Positions 15,630 to 25,810 of a stretch of 64,000 nt of DNA are shown here, in pieces. The notes beneath the pieces were generated by a model. The model was given only the letters and a program-made list of their open reading frames with translations, was not told where the DNA came from and ran no database searches. Source of the DNA: Octopus vulgaris (lineage: Eukaryota); contig OX597832.1 of the NCBI GenBank assembly GCA_951406725.2, positions 25,296,001-25,360,000 of the forward strand, given 5' to 3'. Numbering within the stretch: position 1 is the first letter of the stretch; each line of letters begins with the position of its first letter. A program made the translations under genes and the position numbers.

Positions 15630-16200
15630 ATCAGCATCATCATCATCATCATTATCGCTTAACGTCCATGCTGGATGGTTTGACTGAGGTTTGGAGAGCC
15701 AGCGGCCGCCCCAGGCTTCAATCTGATTTGGCAGTGTTTCTACAGCTGGATGCGTTTCCTAACGCCAACCACACCAAGACTGTAGTGGGTGCCTTTTAAA
15801 TGCCACCGGCACAGGAGTCAGTCAAGGTGGACCTGGTATCGGCCACATTTGGATGGTGCTTTTTACGTGCCACCGGCATTTGAGCCAATCAGGCAGTTCT
15901 GGCATCGATCAAGTTCAGACAGTGCTTTTTGCGTGCCACCGGCACGGGAGCCAGTCAGAGGTGGCATTTGAACGCAAAACATAAAGAGCTTGAATGAATC
16001 CACTAAGAGATTTGTCCGGCGTGCTAACCATTCTGTCAGCTCATTGCCTTCAAATAACCGTTTCTGTTGTGGAAACAATACTTGAAATTTAAAGAAGGTG
16101 GTTAGTCGATTACATCGACCCCAATGCTTGACTGGTATTTCTTTTATCAGAGGGTACTGGTATCGGCCACGTTCGAATGGTGCTTTTTACGTGCCACCGG
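15630..16200 (-). mobile_element. SINE-like element with internal ~55-nt minisatellite and (GAT)n tail
   Basis: The unit ggtgctttt(t)acgtgccaccggca..gagcca.tca repeats 4 times, and there is a (CAT)n tract on the plus strand at 15625-15655. Confidence 0.55.
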
Positions 16201-16380
16201 TACCTCTATAAATATAAATACCTCTTTCGACGTTTTATCAAATTGCGATAACATTCAATAAATCGCAATAACACTGAAAAAAAAACATATTTATACAGAT
16301 TTTCTCCTTTCCTGATGTGTGTATGCAATTTTTAGAGGACTTCTATGTCCAAAGAGTAATGTTCGTTTAATCTGCCTTAC

Positions 16381-16754
16381 CTGATCGGATGGAGCCAGTA
16401 CTGAAAAGGCCGGTATCTGTTTGACCCAGCTGACAACAGCAAACAGAACTCGTGCCGTTACTTCTTGTATGACCTCTTTGTTGATTCGAATCGGTGGACT
16501 AGAGAAAGCTGATGGGGTGATATGTTGTAACCAGTCGACCACAAGACCTGCTCCTGGTTCGCGGTCGAGAAGATACAGTCTGTTAATTGGGCCATGTTGA
16601 TATTGCACAGCGCTGAGAGTAGATGCTGGTGGAGGTGGGTAATTGCCGAAACTGAAATCTATTGGTTGTTCATTTATTGGTATTTGTTTTGTGCTTTCTG
16701 GTTGGTCAGTTGGTTTGGGTTTTGGTTTCCGAGGTCCTCTTTCGTGCTGTACAG
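16381..16754 (-). CDS. dsf: dsf-like nuclear receptor, exon encoding the T/A box, hinge and LBD helices 3-4
   Basis: Minus strand reads ttctactgcag|CT GTA CAG CAC GAA...GAT CAG|gtaagg. It is 374 nt, phase 1-0, and translates to AVQHERGPRKPKPKPTDQ...EVIQEVTARVLFAVVSWVKQIPAFSVLAPSDQ. AVQHERGPRKPK is dsf-like, and WVKxIPxFxxLxxxDQ is the LBD signature. It joins the previous exon in frame. Confidence 0.95.
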
Positions 16755-16815
16755 CTGCAGTAGAAAGTGAAAGTACATTATAATAATTCCGTAAATGGAC
16801 GCCGAGATTTAACCT

Positions 16816-16852
<37 letters not shown>

Positions 16853-17694
16853 CTGTCTGTCTGTCTCTCTCTCTGTCTCTCTATCTCTCTGTCTCTCTCT
16901 CACTTATGCGCACGGACCATCATTAAAATCCGGAGCGAGATAAAAAGATGTTTATTCTTCACAAACAACTTAAGGACCACAAATTCCAATCTGGGCCATT
17001 TTCGCGTGACGTATATGACAGAGGAACAAGTTATGGAACCCATAAGCTGTAACTCTTGACCATTTACAAGAAATGCATTGATTCATTTTCATAGTAAACC
17101 ATGACGATCCAGGCAAATATTAAACAAAAGGATTTTGCCTAGAATGTGTCGAAAGTTGTTAGGTCGTGAGTTCAATTCGCGGCCACCCGCTGTGTCCTTA
17201 AGAAATACTTTTTATTTCACGTTGTTCTATTCCACTCAGCTAGCAAAAATGAGTTGTACCTGAATTTCAATGAGTTGTACTCTGTGTCACGCTGAATCTC
17301 ACTGAGAACTACGTTAAGGGTACACGCGTCTGTGGAGTACTCAGTCAATTGCACGTTAATTTCATGAGCAAGCTGTTCAGGTGATCGTATTAGTTGGGAC
17401 CCTCGTCGTCCTAACCGACGGAATGCACCTATAATTAACAATTAAGGGTGCTACAAGTGGCACCAAAACGCAAAAAATAGCAGCCAGAAGACGATTACAA
17501 CCACAAATTTCCACTGATAAACATTAATTGAAAACGGGGCAATGAACAGAAATTCTAAGTCCCCATATCAATAACGAAAAGGATCGTAAATTGAGAAGTC
17601 AGTCATATCCGTATAGTCACGATTTTAAAATCCGTGAGAATATGTGTAAGTGGTGGACGGTGTGTGTGTGAGAGTGTTTGTTTTTAAATTTTCT

Positions 17695-17958
17695 AACTAG
17701 AAAGGGTATGGCTTGGTCAGCCTGTAATGATATGCATAAGATCTGGTCATCAAATCTAAGTAAAGATTTCAAACTTAAAATCTTCAAAGCCACAGTCGAA
17801 CCAATTCTACTGTATGGCTCTCCTACCCTGGTGTAATCTCCAGGGATACAGGCATCTAGCAACAGGACCTCCGTAATGCTATGATGGACCGTGAAGTCTG
17901 GCGTAGCATAAGTAAGTTCCATTGTCTCGACCACGGTCGAACAAAGATGATGATGATG
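17695..17958 (+). mobile_element. RTE-clade LINE 3' fragment with internal deletion
   Basis: Translates to KGMAWSACNDMHKIWSSNLSKDFKLKIFKATVEPILLYGS, the post-RT LLYG motif. It ends in a (GAT)n tail. Confidence 0.7.
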
Positions 17959-18229
17959 TGTGTGTCTTTGTGTGTATATGTTTCTCTGTATCCTGACCAC
18001 TACCACTTGACAACCGGTGTTGGTGTGTTTACGTCCCCGTAACTTAATGGTTCGGCAAAAGAGATCGATGGAATTAAAAACATCAAAAATAAGTAATAGG
18101 ATCGAATTTATTTCACTAAATCTTTGAAGGCGAAACCTTAGCATGGCTGCAGTCCAGTGACCAAAACCAGTAAAAGGCTTCAGTTGGTTCCAGTTGGCTC
18201 CAGTTGGCCACCACAGTTCTAGAACTTAC

Positions 18230-18391
18230 CGTCTTTATTCATTTCGGCTTCAAAACATTTCTTTAGTCGACAGGCTCTGCACTGGTTGCGATGTGTTTTG
18301 TCAATGGGACATTTTCCTTTCAGTTCACCCTGGGCTTTGCACGTGTACACACGATTTCTATGGATGCTTCTTTTGAAAAAGCCCGAACAGC
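18230..18391 (-). CDS. dsf: dsf-like nuclear receptor, exon encoding the P-box end and second zinc finger
   Basis: Minus strand reads ttctttcag|GC TGT TCG...AAA GAC G|gtaagt. It is 162 nt, phase 1-1, and translates to (G)[53 protein letters not shown](A). It has the NR2E P-box CDGCSG and a dsf-type long D-box. Confidence 0.96.
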
Positions 18392-18426
18392 CTGAAAGAA
18401 TAATAACAATAATGATAATAATAATA

Positions 18427-18464
<38 letters not shown>

Positions 18465-18470
18465 TAAAAT

Positions 18471-18506
<36 letters not shown>

Positions 18507-18597
18507 TAGAATAATAATAACGATAATAATAATAATGATAATAATAATAATGATAATAATAATAATGATAATAATGATGATGATGATGATGATGATG

Positions 18598-18637
<40 letters not shown>

Positions 18638-19770
18638 TGATGATAAGACGAAGAAGAAGAGGAAGGGGAAGGGGAAGGAGAAGAAGAAGACGAAGAGGAA
18701 GAAGTGGGAGGAGGGGGGGAGGAAGAGGAAGAAGAAGAAGAAAAAGGAGAAGAAGAGGAAGAGGAAGAAGAAGAGGGAGGAGAGGAGGAAGAACAAGAAG
18801 AAAAAGAAGAAGAAGAGGAAAAGAAAGAGGACGGAGAGGGAGGAGAAGAAGGAGAGGAAGAAGAAAAAGAAGAAGAAGAAGAAGAAGAAGAAGAAGAAGA
18901 AGAAGAAGAAGAAGAAGAAGAAGGAGGAGGAGAAGAAGAACAGAAAAAAGAAAGAAAGAGAAGGAAAGAACAAGACTTTCATATTTGCTGAAAAGGCTCC
19001 GAAGTGAAGCTAGGATCTATGAATAACGATGGCAATGTCAGTGACAAGATGATGTCGATGATGATGACGACGACGACGACGAAAACAGTGACAATGATGG
19101 CGATGATAACGCTACTGCTGCTGCTGATGATAAACGATGATAATAATGATAATAAGGATTGTATAATATTCCTCGTTGACATTTCCTTCCCTTTCCCCTT
19201 TTACATCCTTCCTTTCCCTTTATTATCCAAATGCCTTTTGACCACAAAAACACTGAGGCGGCAAATCTATTGTCTGTCACTTTTCCCCACTCAATGCTAA
19301 CAATGTTTGTGATAATAAAAAAAATCCGTTTTCACATCTTTGGGTTATTTCTGTTTCCATGATTTTTGTGTGTGTATGTTTTTCATTATTATTATTTTTC
19401 TTTTTTTGTTATTTTCGTTTGGTTGCACCATTAGTTGCACTAGGGAATTGTGGGATTACAGAGCCAGCGTTAAAGTTTACCAATACCGCAATGTTGATAC
19501 AAAACGCATGCTTCAACCACGAAAAACGTTAATAGATATCACCACCCCCGTCACTATAACCACAGCCATAGCCTTCGCCACCATCAACACCGCCACCACC
19601 ACCACCACCACCACCACCATATCTAGAATTCTTTATTAAATATTTTTCTTACAGCAATTATACTTTCGAAACGCCTGCGCCACCACTACCACCACCAACA
19701 ACTATTATAACAGTGTCACCCGAAGCCGCCGTAATTTGGAGCAATCACAGTAGCACTAGTACTACAACAA

Positions 19771-19827
19771 CGGGCATTTAGCGTAGGCTACTAACCCTAA
19801 GACTCCGAGTTCGATTCTAGGCAGTGA

Positions 19828-19898
<71 letters not shown>

Positions 19899-19940
19899 GT
19901 AATAATAATAATAATAATAATGATAATAATAATAATAATG

Positions 19941-20007
<67 letters not shown>

Positions 20008-20186
20008 TGATGATAATGATGATGATAATAATATCGAAAAATAACTTAGGAATGAGAACCCAAGTTCGAAATTTCCCCAAGACACCTGATGAAGCCCGGA
20101 GGGTATATCAGCCGAAACGTTGTGTTAACAGCAAACAAGATGAGGACAAATATACGTCAAATGTAAATAATGTAAATAATGTAAAT
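19771..20186 (+). mobile_element. composite element: tRNA-like head + (AAT)n + hammerhead-ribozyme-bearing tail
   Basis: Head at 19771-19832 (B-box gagttcgattc, A-box partly deleted), then (AAT)n, then GACAC-CTGATGA-A-GCCCG..CAGCC-GAAA-CGT-T-GTGTT (20081-20126), then a (TGTAAATAA)n tail. A homologous arrangement lies at 24526-25120 (-). Confidence 0.75.
20081..20126 (+). ncRNA. minimal type I hammerhead ribozyme motif (stem II mutated)
   Basis: Core CUGAUGA...GAAA, stem I GACAC/GUGUU, palindromic stem III ACGU and cleavage triplet GUU. Stem II has 2 mismatches here but is a perfect GGCUG/CAGCC in the copy at 24613-24652. Confidence 0.7.
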
Positions 20187-20274
20187 TATAGCCAGCACTG
20201 ATTTCTGTTACACACACACACACTCTCTCTCTCTCTCTCTCTCTCACTCACTTTCTGTCTACCTTTCTCGTTCT

Positions 20275-20420
20275 TTTCAGGAAACTATCCCCAATCCATG
20301 GAAACAGGCTGCAGCGTATCCCATTCTCAAGGAGGGACAACATATCTGACCCCTGCCAGATATCGACCCTATCGATCTCAATCCCAACATCTCAAACGTA
20401 ATGGAAACGGTCGTTATTGA
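20275..20420 (+). pseudogene. decayed CR1/L2-type LINE reverse transcriptase fragment
   Basis: Frameshifted PWKQAAAYPILKEG..SDP..YRP.IDLNPNISNVMETV, matching the WK.A.V.PI.K...NYRPI.L.....KVME motif. Confidence 0.65.
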
Positions 20421-20713
20421 TCATATTCCTTTCACTACACCTCCGGAATCCCCCCACACACATCTCCCTCTACCCCGGCCCCTCTCTATCAATTCCCTTC
20501 AACTGCCTTTGCACTATATCTTACTAACAGACTCTCACTTAACACTATTAACCTCTCCGTTTCTTGTCAACACGCCCCTCTTTTACTGCCACTCATTTTA
20601 TTAGCTCTCCTTGTATGTATTTGTTTGTTTATCTATCTTTCTATTTGTGTCCCTATATGTCCCTTCCTCTTTCTTTACACACTCACACATATATATATAT
20701 ATGTATGTATATA

Positions 20714-20774
<61 letters not shown>

Positions 20775-20862
20775 GGAAAGTTTACGAAAATATACAAAGG
20801 ACGAAGGCAGGTGGAGTACAAACAAACAAATGTATTAGTATAGCGCTCAGGAATAGAAAAAG

Positions 20863-20900
20863 TATTTTACGTTTCGAGCCTACGCTCTTCGACAGAAAGA
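20863..20900 (-). ncRNA. minimal type I hammerhead-like motif, variant core CUGUCGA
   Basis: Reads UCUUU-CUGUCGA-A-GAGC-GUAG-GCUC-GAAA-CGU-A-AAAUA, with a perfect stem II and a GUA triplet. It lies in a ~180-nt element (20771-20950) whose 3' end abuts (TA)n. Confidence 0.6.
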
Positions 20901-21256
20901 TACACAGAAAAAACAAGGAGAGAAACAAGGAGAGAAAAAATGCGTGTAGTAGCTAACGATCTGTCTATCTATCTATCCACCTATCTATCGATTCTTGGCT
21001 TTATGGTTAAGATCAGAGTGTATCTATCTATCCACCTGTCTGTCTATCTCTCTGTCTATGTGTTTGTCATTCTATTTGCTTGTCTATCATTATACACTTG
21101 GGAATTTTCAATCGAATAAACACTACTTGAACCCCTCCCTCATTCATTCTGATCCCACTTCACCTCTCTTTATGCAAAAAAGTATCTCTCGTGCTTCACC
21201 CCTCTTTATGCAAAAATAACGTCCCGTGACATGTCCTTCCGGAATACACAACTTAC

Positions 21257-21337
21257 CGTCACAGCTATAGATACCGTAGTGTTTGCCAGAGCTGCGATCG
21301 CCGCACACACGACAGGGAATGTCTAGAAGTCGATCAC
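21257..21337 (-). CDS. dsf: NR2E nuclear receptor (dissatisfaction-like), exon encoding the first zinc finger
   Basis: Minus strand reads ttcttttcag|GT GAT CGA...TGT GAC G|gtaagt. It is 81 nt, phase 1-1, and translates to (G)[26 protein letters not shown](G). This matches the dsf N-terminal DBD as I recall it ([28 protein letters not shown]). Confidence 0.95.
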
Positions 21338-21712
21338 CTGAAAAGAAATAACAAACAATTGTCTGGTATTAAATGTCTGCCAAAACTGTAAATAATTAGT
21401 TAAAGTTACAATAAAAAATAATGACATTTTTCTAATTTTGCAAAGTTGTATTGTCTCATTAATCGAATAGTATATACACAAGCTTAATGAAATTTGTTTT
21501 GCATTTTTAAAATTCACGTCCCTGTAATTTAGCGGTTCAACAACAGGAAGCGATAGAATAAGTACTAGGCTTCAAAAAAAGGAGGAAGTCCTGAGGTCGA
21601 TTTATTCGACTAAAACACTTCCAGGCGGTGCGCTACTATTGCTGCCGTCAAAATGGCTAAAGCATAAAAAAAGATTAAAAGAATAAAAGAATATATACAT
21701 ATGTATATATAC

Positions 21713-21746
<34 letters not shown>

Positions 21747-21747
<1 letters not shown>

Positions 21748-22056
21748 TGGAGGCACATGGTCTAGTGGTTAGAGCAGCGGACTCGCGGTCGAGGGATCAC
21801 GGGTTCGAATCTCAGACCTGGCGGTGTGTGTGTGTTTATGAGTGAAACACCTAAGCTCCACGCGGCTCCCGCAGAAGGTTATGGCGAACTTCTGCTGACT
21901 CTTTCGCCACAACTTTCTCTCACTCTTTCCTCCTGCATCTTGCATCTCACCTGCGACGGACCAGCGTCCCGTCCAGGTGGGGAACCTATACGCCAAGGAA
22001 ACCGGGAAACCGGCCCTTATGAGCCAGGCATGGTTTGAGAAGGGAACAAGAAACAA
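21747..22056 (+). mobile_element. tRNA-derived SINE family D (V-domain-like core)
   Basis: Intact A-box tggtctagtgg, B-box gggttcgaatctc, core cctgcgacggaccagcgtcccgtccagg and an A-rich tail. Confidence 0.75.
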
Positions 22057-22094
22057 TATATATATATTGTGGGCCTCTCACCAGTCGTCTACAA

Positions 22095-22372
22095 CAGTGG
22101 TTCCCAAACTTTTTCAGGCTGCTGCCCCCTTGGTTCTAAAGCCACATCCCTACTGCCCCATCCACTCACCACCACAGGCATGGACGATTTTCTACAGCAA
22201 ATTGAACAATATTTCACAAATAAAACTTAACGAATCCATTATTTTGTTTCCTTCTTTAACATCAATTGACCCGTTTTGGTCATCCCGTTATCACACCATT
22301 TTTCTTCAACGCCCCTCCGGATCTTTCCACCACCACCCAGGGAGGCGGTACCGCCCACTTTGAGAATCACTG
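22095..22372. mobile_element. hAT (Charlie-like) MITE
   Basis: TIRs CAGTGGTTCCCAAA / TTTGAGAATCACTG and a perfect 8-bp TSD GTCTACAA (22087-22094, 22373-22380). Confidence 0.9.
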
Positions 22373-22744
22373 GTCTACAACATGTGGGATCGCTCTGTGT
22401 GTGTGCGTGTATGTGTGTGTATGAAGTGTGTGTATGTGTGAGGTAGCGTGTGTGTGTGTGTATCTGCGTGTGTGTGTGCGTGTATGTGTGTGTGTGTGTG
22501 TATCTGTGTGTGTGAGGGCTTAAATAGTCTTCGAGTCGACACTGCCTTTTTTTAATATATAAATATTTATTCCCACATACTCTCTAGAGTCCGTCTTTTT
22601 ACTAATTACTCCTTGTTTTTAATTACAAACACACATTACAAATATTATCCTTCACCCTTGTGGCAAATAAATGAAATCATCATCCTCATCATCATAATCA
22701 TCATCATCATTATTATTATGATTATTATTATTATTACTATTATT

Positions 22745-22803
<59 letters not shown>

Positions 22804-22812
22804 TATTATTAC

Positions 22813-22858
<46 letters not shown>

Positions 22859-23181
22859 TGGAGGTGCATATGTGTGCGTATGTGCATGCATATGCATGTG
22901 TGTATGTGTTTGTATATGTATGCGAATATGTGTCCATGTGTGTGTATGTGTGTGTATGTGTGTGTGTGTGTCTGTCTGTCTGTCTGTCTGTGCGTCTGAA
23001 AAGTTGTTACGTGAGGAAATTCAATATGACAAAATTTGATTCTCATTTGAAGAAGAAAAGAAAAGAAAAAAAGAAAAGAACTTAAAAATAGCCAATTATT
23101 CTGAGGACGAAACCAAAGAACCAAAAGCAGAAGAAGAAGAAGAAGAAGAAGAAGAAGAAGAAGAAGAAGAAGAAGAAGAAG

Positions 23182-23212
<31 letters not shown>

Positions 23213-23361
23213 GGCAGAGGTGGGAGTGGAGGCGGGGGTGGGGGAAGAGTGAAGCGATTCAAATAATTGTTGTTGAAGTCAAAGCCAGTCTAAAACTGCC
23301 CCAAGCTATAAACGGGTGCCATATTTATAAATGGACTTCGCTTCCATCTTTGTATTCTTAC

Positions 23362-23455
23362 CATTCGTGTCCTGGGGCTGTTTGATTTCTTGGAAAATTT
23401 TCTCTTGTTTAGCGTTGACGTCATTGTTATTGGAGTATGGCTTTTGTTGTTTTGC

Positions 23456-23517
<62 letters not shown>

Positions 23518-23539
23518 ATGTTGTTGCTGTTGTTGTCAT
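23362..23539 (-). CDS. candidate first coding exon of the dsf-like gene (poly-Thr N-terminus)
   Basis: There is an ATG at 23539 with A at -3 and an open frame MTTTATTS(T)n-AKQQKPYSNNNDVNAKQEKIFQEIKQPQDTN(G). It ends at a strong phase-1 donor (AATG|GTAAGA, 23362/23361) that joins the 21337 acceptor in frame. There is no homology support. Confidence 0.45.
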
Positions 23540-24024
23540 TGTTGCTGTTGTTGTTGGTAGTAGTGGTGGTGGTGGTGGTGGTGGTGGTGTTATGGTTTTA
23601 GTGTTGTAGTTTCTAATATTGAGAATGATAATGGTGGTGACGATGATGATGATGACGATGATGATGATGATGATGATGATGATGATAATGGCAACGAAAA
23701 CAACGACGGTGGTGGTGGTGATGATGATGGCGGTGGTGGTGGTGGTAGTGGTGGTTATGGCGGTGGTGGTGGTGATATTGGTGGTGCTGGTAGTGATGGT
23801 AGTGGTGGTGGTGGTGGTGGTATTATGGTTCTGGTGTTGTAGAGTTTTTATTATTGAGAATGATGATGGTGATGATGATGATGGCAACGAAAACAACGAT
23901 GGTGGTGGTGGTGATGTTGGTGGTGCTGGTAGTGATGGTAGTGGTGGTGGTGGTGATGGTGGTGGTGATGGTGATGGTGTTATGGTTCTGATGTTGTAGT
24001 TTTTATTATTGAGAATGATAATGG

Positions 24025-24056
<32 letters not shown>

Positions 24057-24499
24057 GCAAAGAAAATAACGACGGTGATGGTGGTGGTGGTGGTGGTGAC
24101 GGTGGCGGTGGTGGTGGTGGTTGCCATAATTGTTACTGGTGGCGTTGGGGGTGGGAGTATAATGCTGTGCAAGGAAGAACAAACAATTGTTGGTCATTTA
24201 TATTTGATCTTCTTACTTGTTTCAATCGTTAGACTGCGGCCATGCTGGGGCATCGCTTTGGTGAACTTTGGTCGGACGTAGTATACGCACCAGACTAAAA
24301 CGATAAATGCCGAGGACGATTTGTTCGATGAAACCCAACAGGTTAGTGCTCCAGCAAGGCAACTGTCCTACGACTAAAACGAATCAGCAGGTAGATCTAG
24401 TCACGCGATATAATCACCCCTTCCTCGCCCTTGGGCACTCATAGCAACGTGCATACTTTTGCAAACATGATGATGATGTTGATGATAATAATGATAATA

Positions 24500-24525
<26 letters not shown>

Positions 24526-24530
<5 letters not shown>

Positions 24531-24703
24531 TCACAGCCTGGAATCGAACTCGGAATCTTGAGGTTAGAAGCCCGCGCGCTTAACCACTACGCCATATGCC
24601 CGTTTTGTTGTTAACACGTTTCGGCTGATATACCCTGCAGCCTTCAAGTGTTTTGGGGGAAATTTCGAGGTTCTCACCTAGGCATTTTTCGATGTTGTTG
24701 TTG

Positions 24704-24760
<57 letters not shown>

Positions 24761-24872
24761 CTATTCAGTAGTTTTATTTTTTATAGCGTGTCACTCACTA
24801 CCGAGCGCAGCTCTGTGTGCCTTGGGTATGTGCTGTGATTTGTTGTGATTGATGGTTATTGTATGGAAAGTT

Positions 24873-24910
<38 letters not shown>

Positions 24911-24957
24911 TAGTTTTATTTTTATTATTATTATTGTTATTATTATTATTATTTGTG

Positions 24958-25019
<62 letters not shown>

Positions 25020-25120
25020 CATTATTATTATTATTATTATTATTCAGGTCACTGCCTGGAATCGAACTATGGATCTTGGGGTAAGTATCCCGCGCTCTTA
25101 ACCCCTACGCCATATGCCCG
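24526..25120 (-). mobile_element. tandem tRNA-head/(AAT)n/hammerhead element (about 1.3 units)
   Basis: Head at 25120-25043, then (AAT)n, then an HHR-bearing tail at 24693-24603, immediately followed by a second head at 24602-24526 and (AAT)n. Confidence 0.75.
24762..24874 (-). mobile_element. short LINE 3' end inserted in (AAT)n (Dong/R4-like)
   Basis: A unique ~110-nt segment ending aaaataaaactactgaataat sits inside the (AAT)n tract, with a second terminal copy at about 24905-24922. The clade is inferred only from target preference. Confidence 0.45.
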
Positions 25121-25329
25121 ATGATAATTCATTTTCCTTTTTTTTTTCCCCCATGTGACTTAGAAACCCCAAAAGGGTTTATGGTACAGCCCTTTGAACA
25201 CTGACTAAACTGTCCGTTTATTTCATCCATTTTGCTGCCAATTGCGTTTGGGAGACCCGTGAGGAGTAGAGTCCTCTGGAACATCCTCCATAGGGCGCCA
25301 TCAGAATCTGTCGTGATTGTAGTTTCCTC

Positions 25330-25810
25330 CTTGATTCTCAAGCGTGACCGAGAAAGACTGTAGATATTATTCAACCAACCATCTCTTTCTTTCTTGCCCT
25401 ACCCTTTGATCTCCTGCCGGTTGGTTCGGCTTGAATAATTCGTTTTGCGATCCTATCCTGCGACATTCTACTTACGCCCGTGGGGTCGGAGATGTGACCT
25501 GTCAATGCTTAAAAGTAGCAGCTCAAACTGGAGAAACCTCCTTGGTTTTCGGATCTACGAACCCTATTGAGTAGGGTGACCCTACGGGGGGAACACAATT
25601 TCGGCTGTTTGTACTAGCGATTGTGCCCTTTTCGGTCACTACCCAACATTCATAGCCATAGGGGCGGACAGACGCGAAAACTGAATTGGAGATAGCAAAA
25701 TGCAACTGGGATTAGGGATATCATCCAATCATCTCGTCCTTGATCTACCCCTAAGTCCTCTCCTGAATAGCAATGCTTGACAAATCCGTCTGGTGATCCT
25801 TTCCTGTGAA
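25330..25810 (-). pseudogene. decayed RTE-type LINE fragment
   Basis: Minus-strand remnants such as FASVRPYGYECWVVTEK (YG.E.W motif) and a GRARRK.RW-like 3' end. Confidence 0.5.

Noticed and set aside
15780-15960. Regularly spaced gtgccaccggca repeats resembling a CRISPR array
   Set aside because: The context is eukaryotic, the spacers are mutually similar (a minisatellite within a SINE), and there are no cas genes.
16291-16608. ORF-track call as a standalone 105-aa gene
   Set aside because: It is part of the spliced dsf exon 16381-16754. The tail after SDQ is intron read-through.
23276-23287. AAGTCA half-sites as NR2E autoregulatory elements (also near 17596, 29603 and 44895)
   Set aside because: Isolated hexamers are expected by chance in 64 kb, and no proper direct repeat was seen.
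23362-23424. Alternative frame MTSTLNKRKFSKKSNSPRTRM ending at the same donor
   Set aside because: It is phase 0, so splicing to 21337 gives GTG ATC GAC TTC TAG, an immediate stop.
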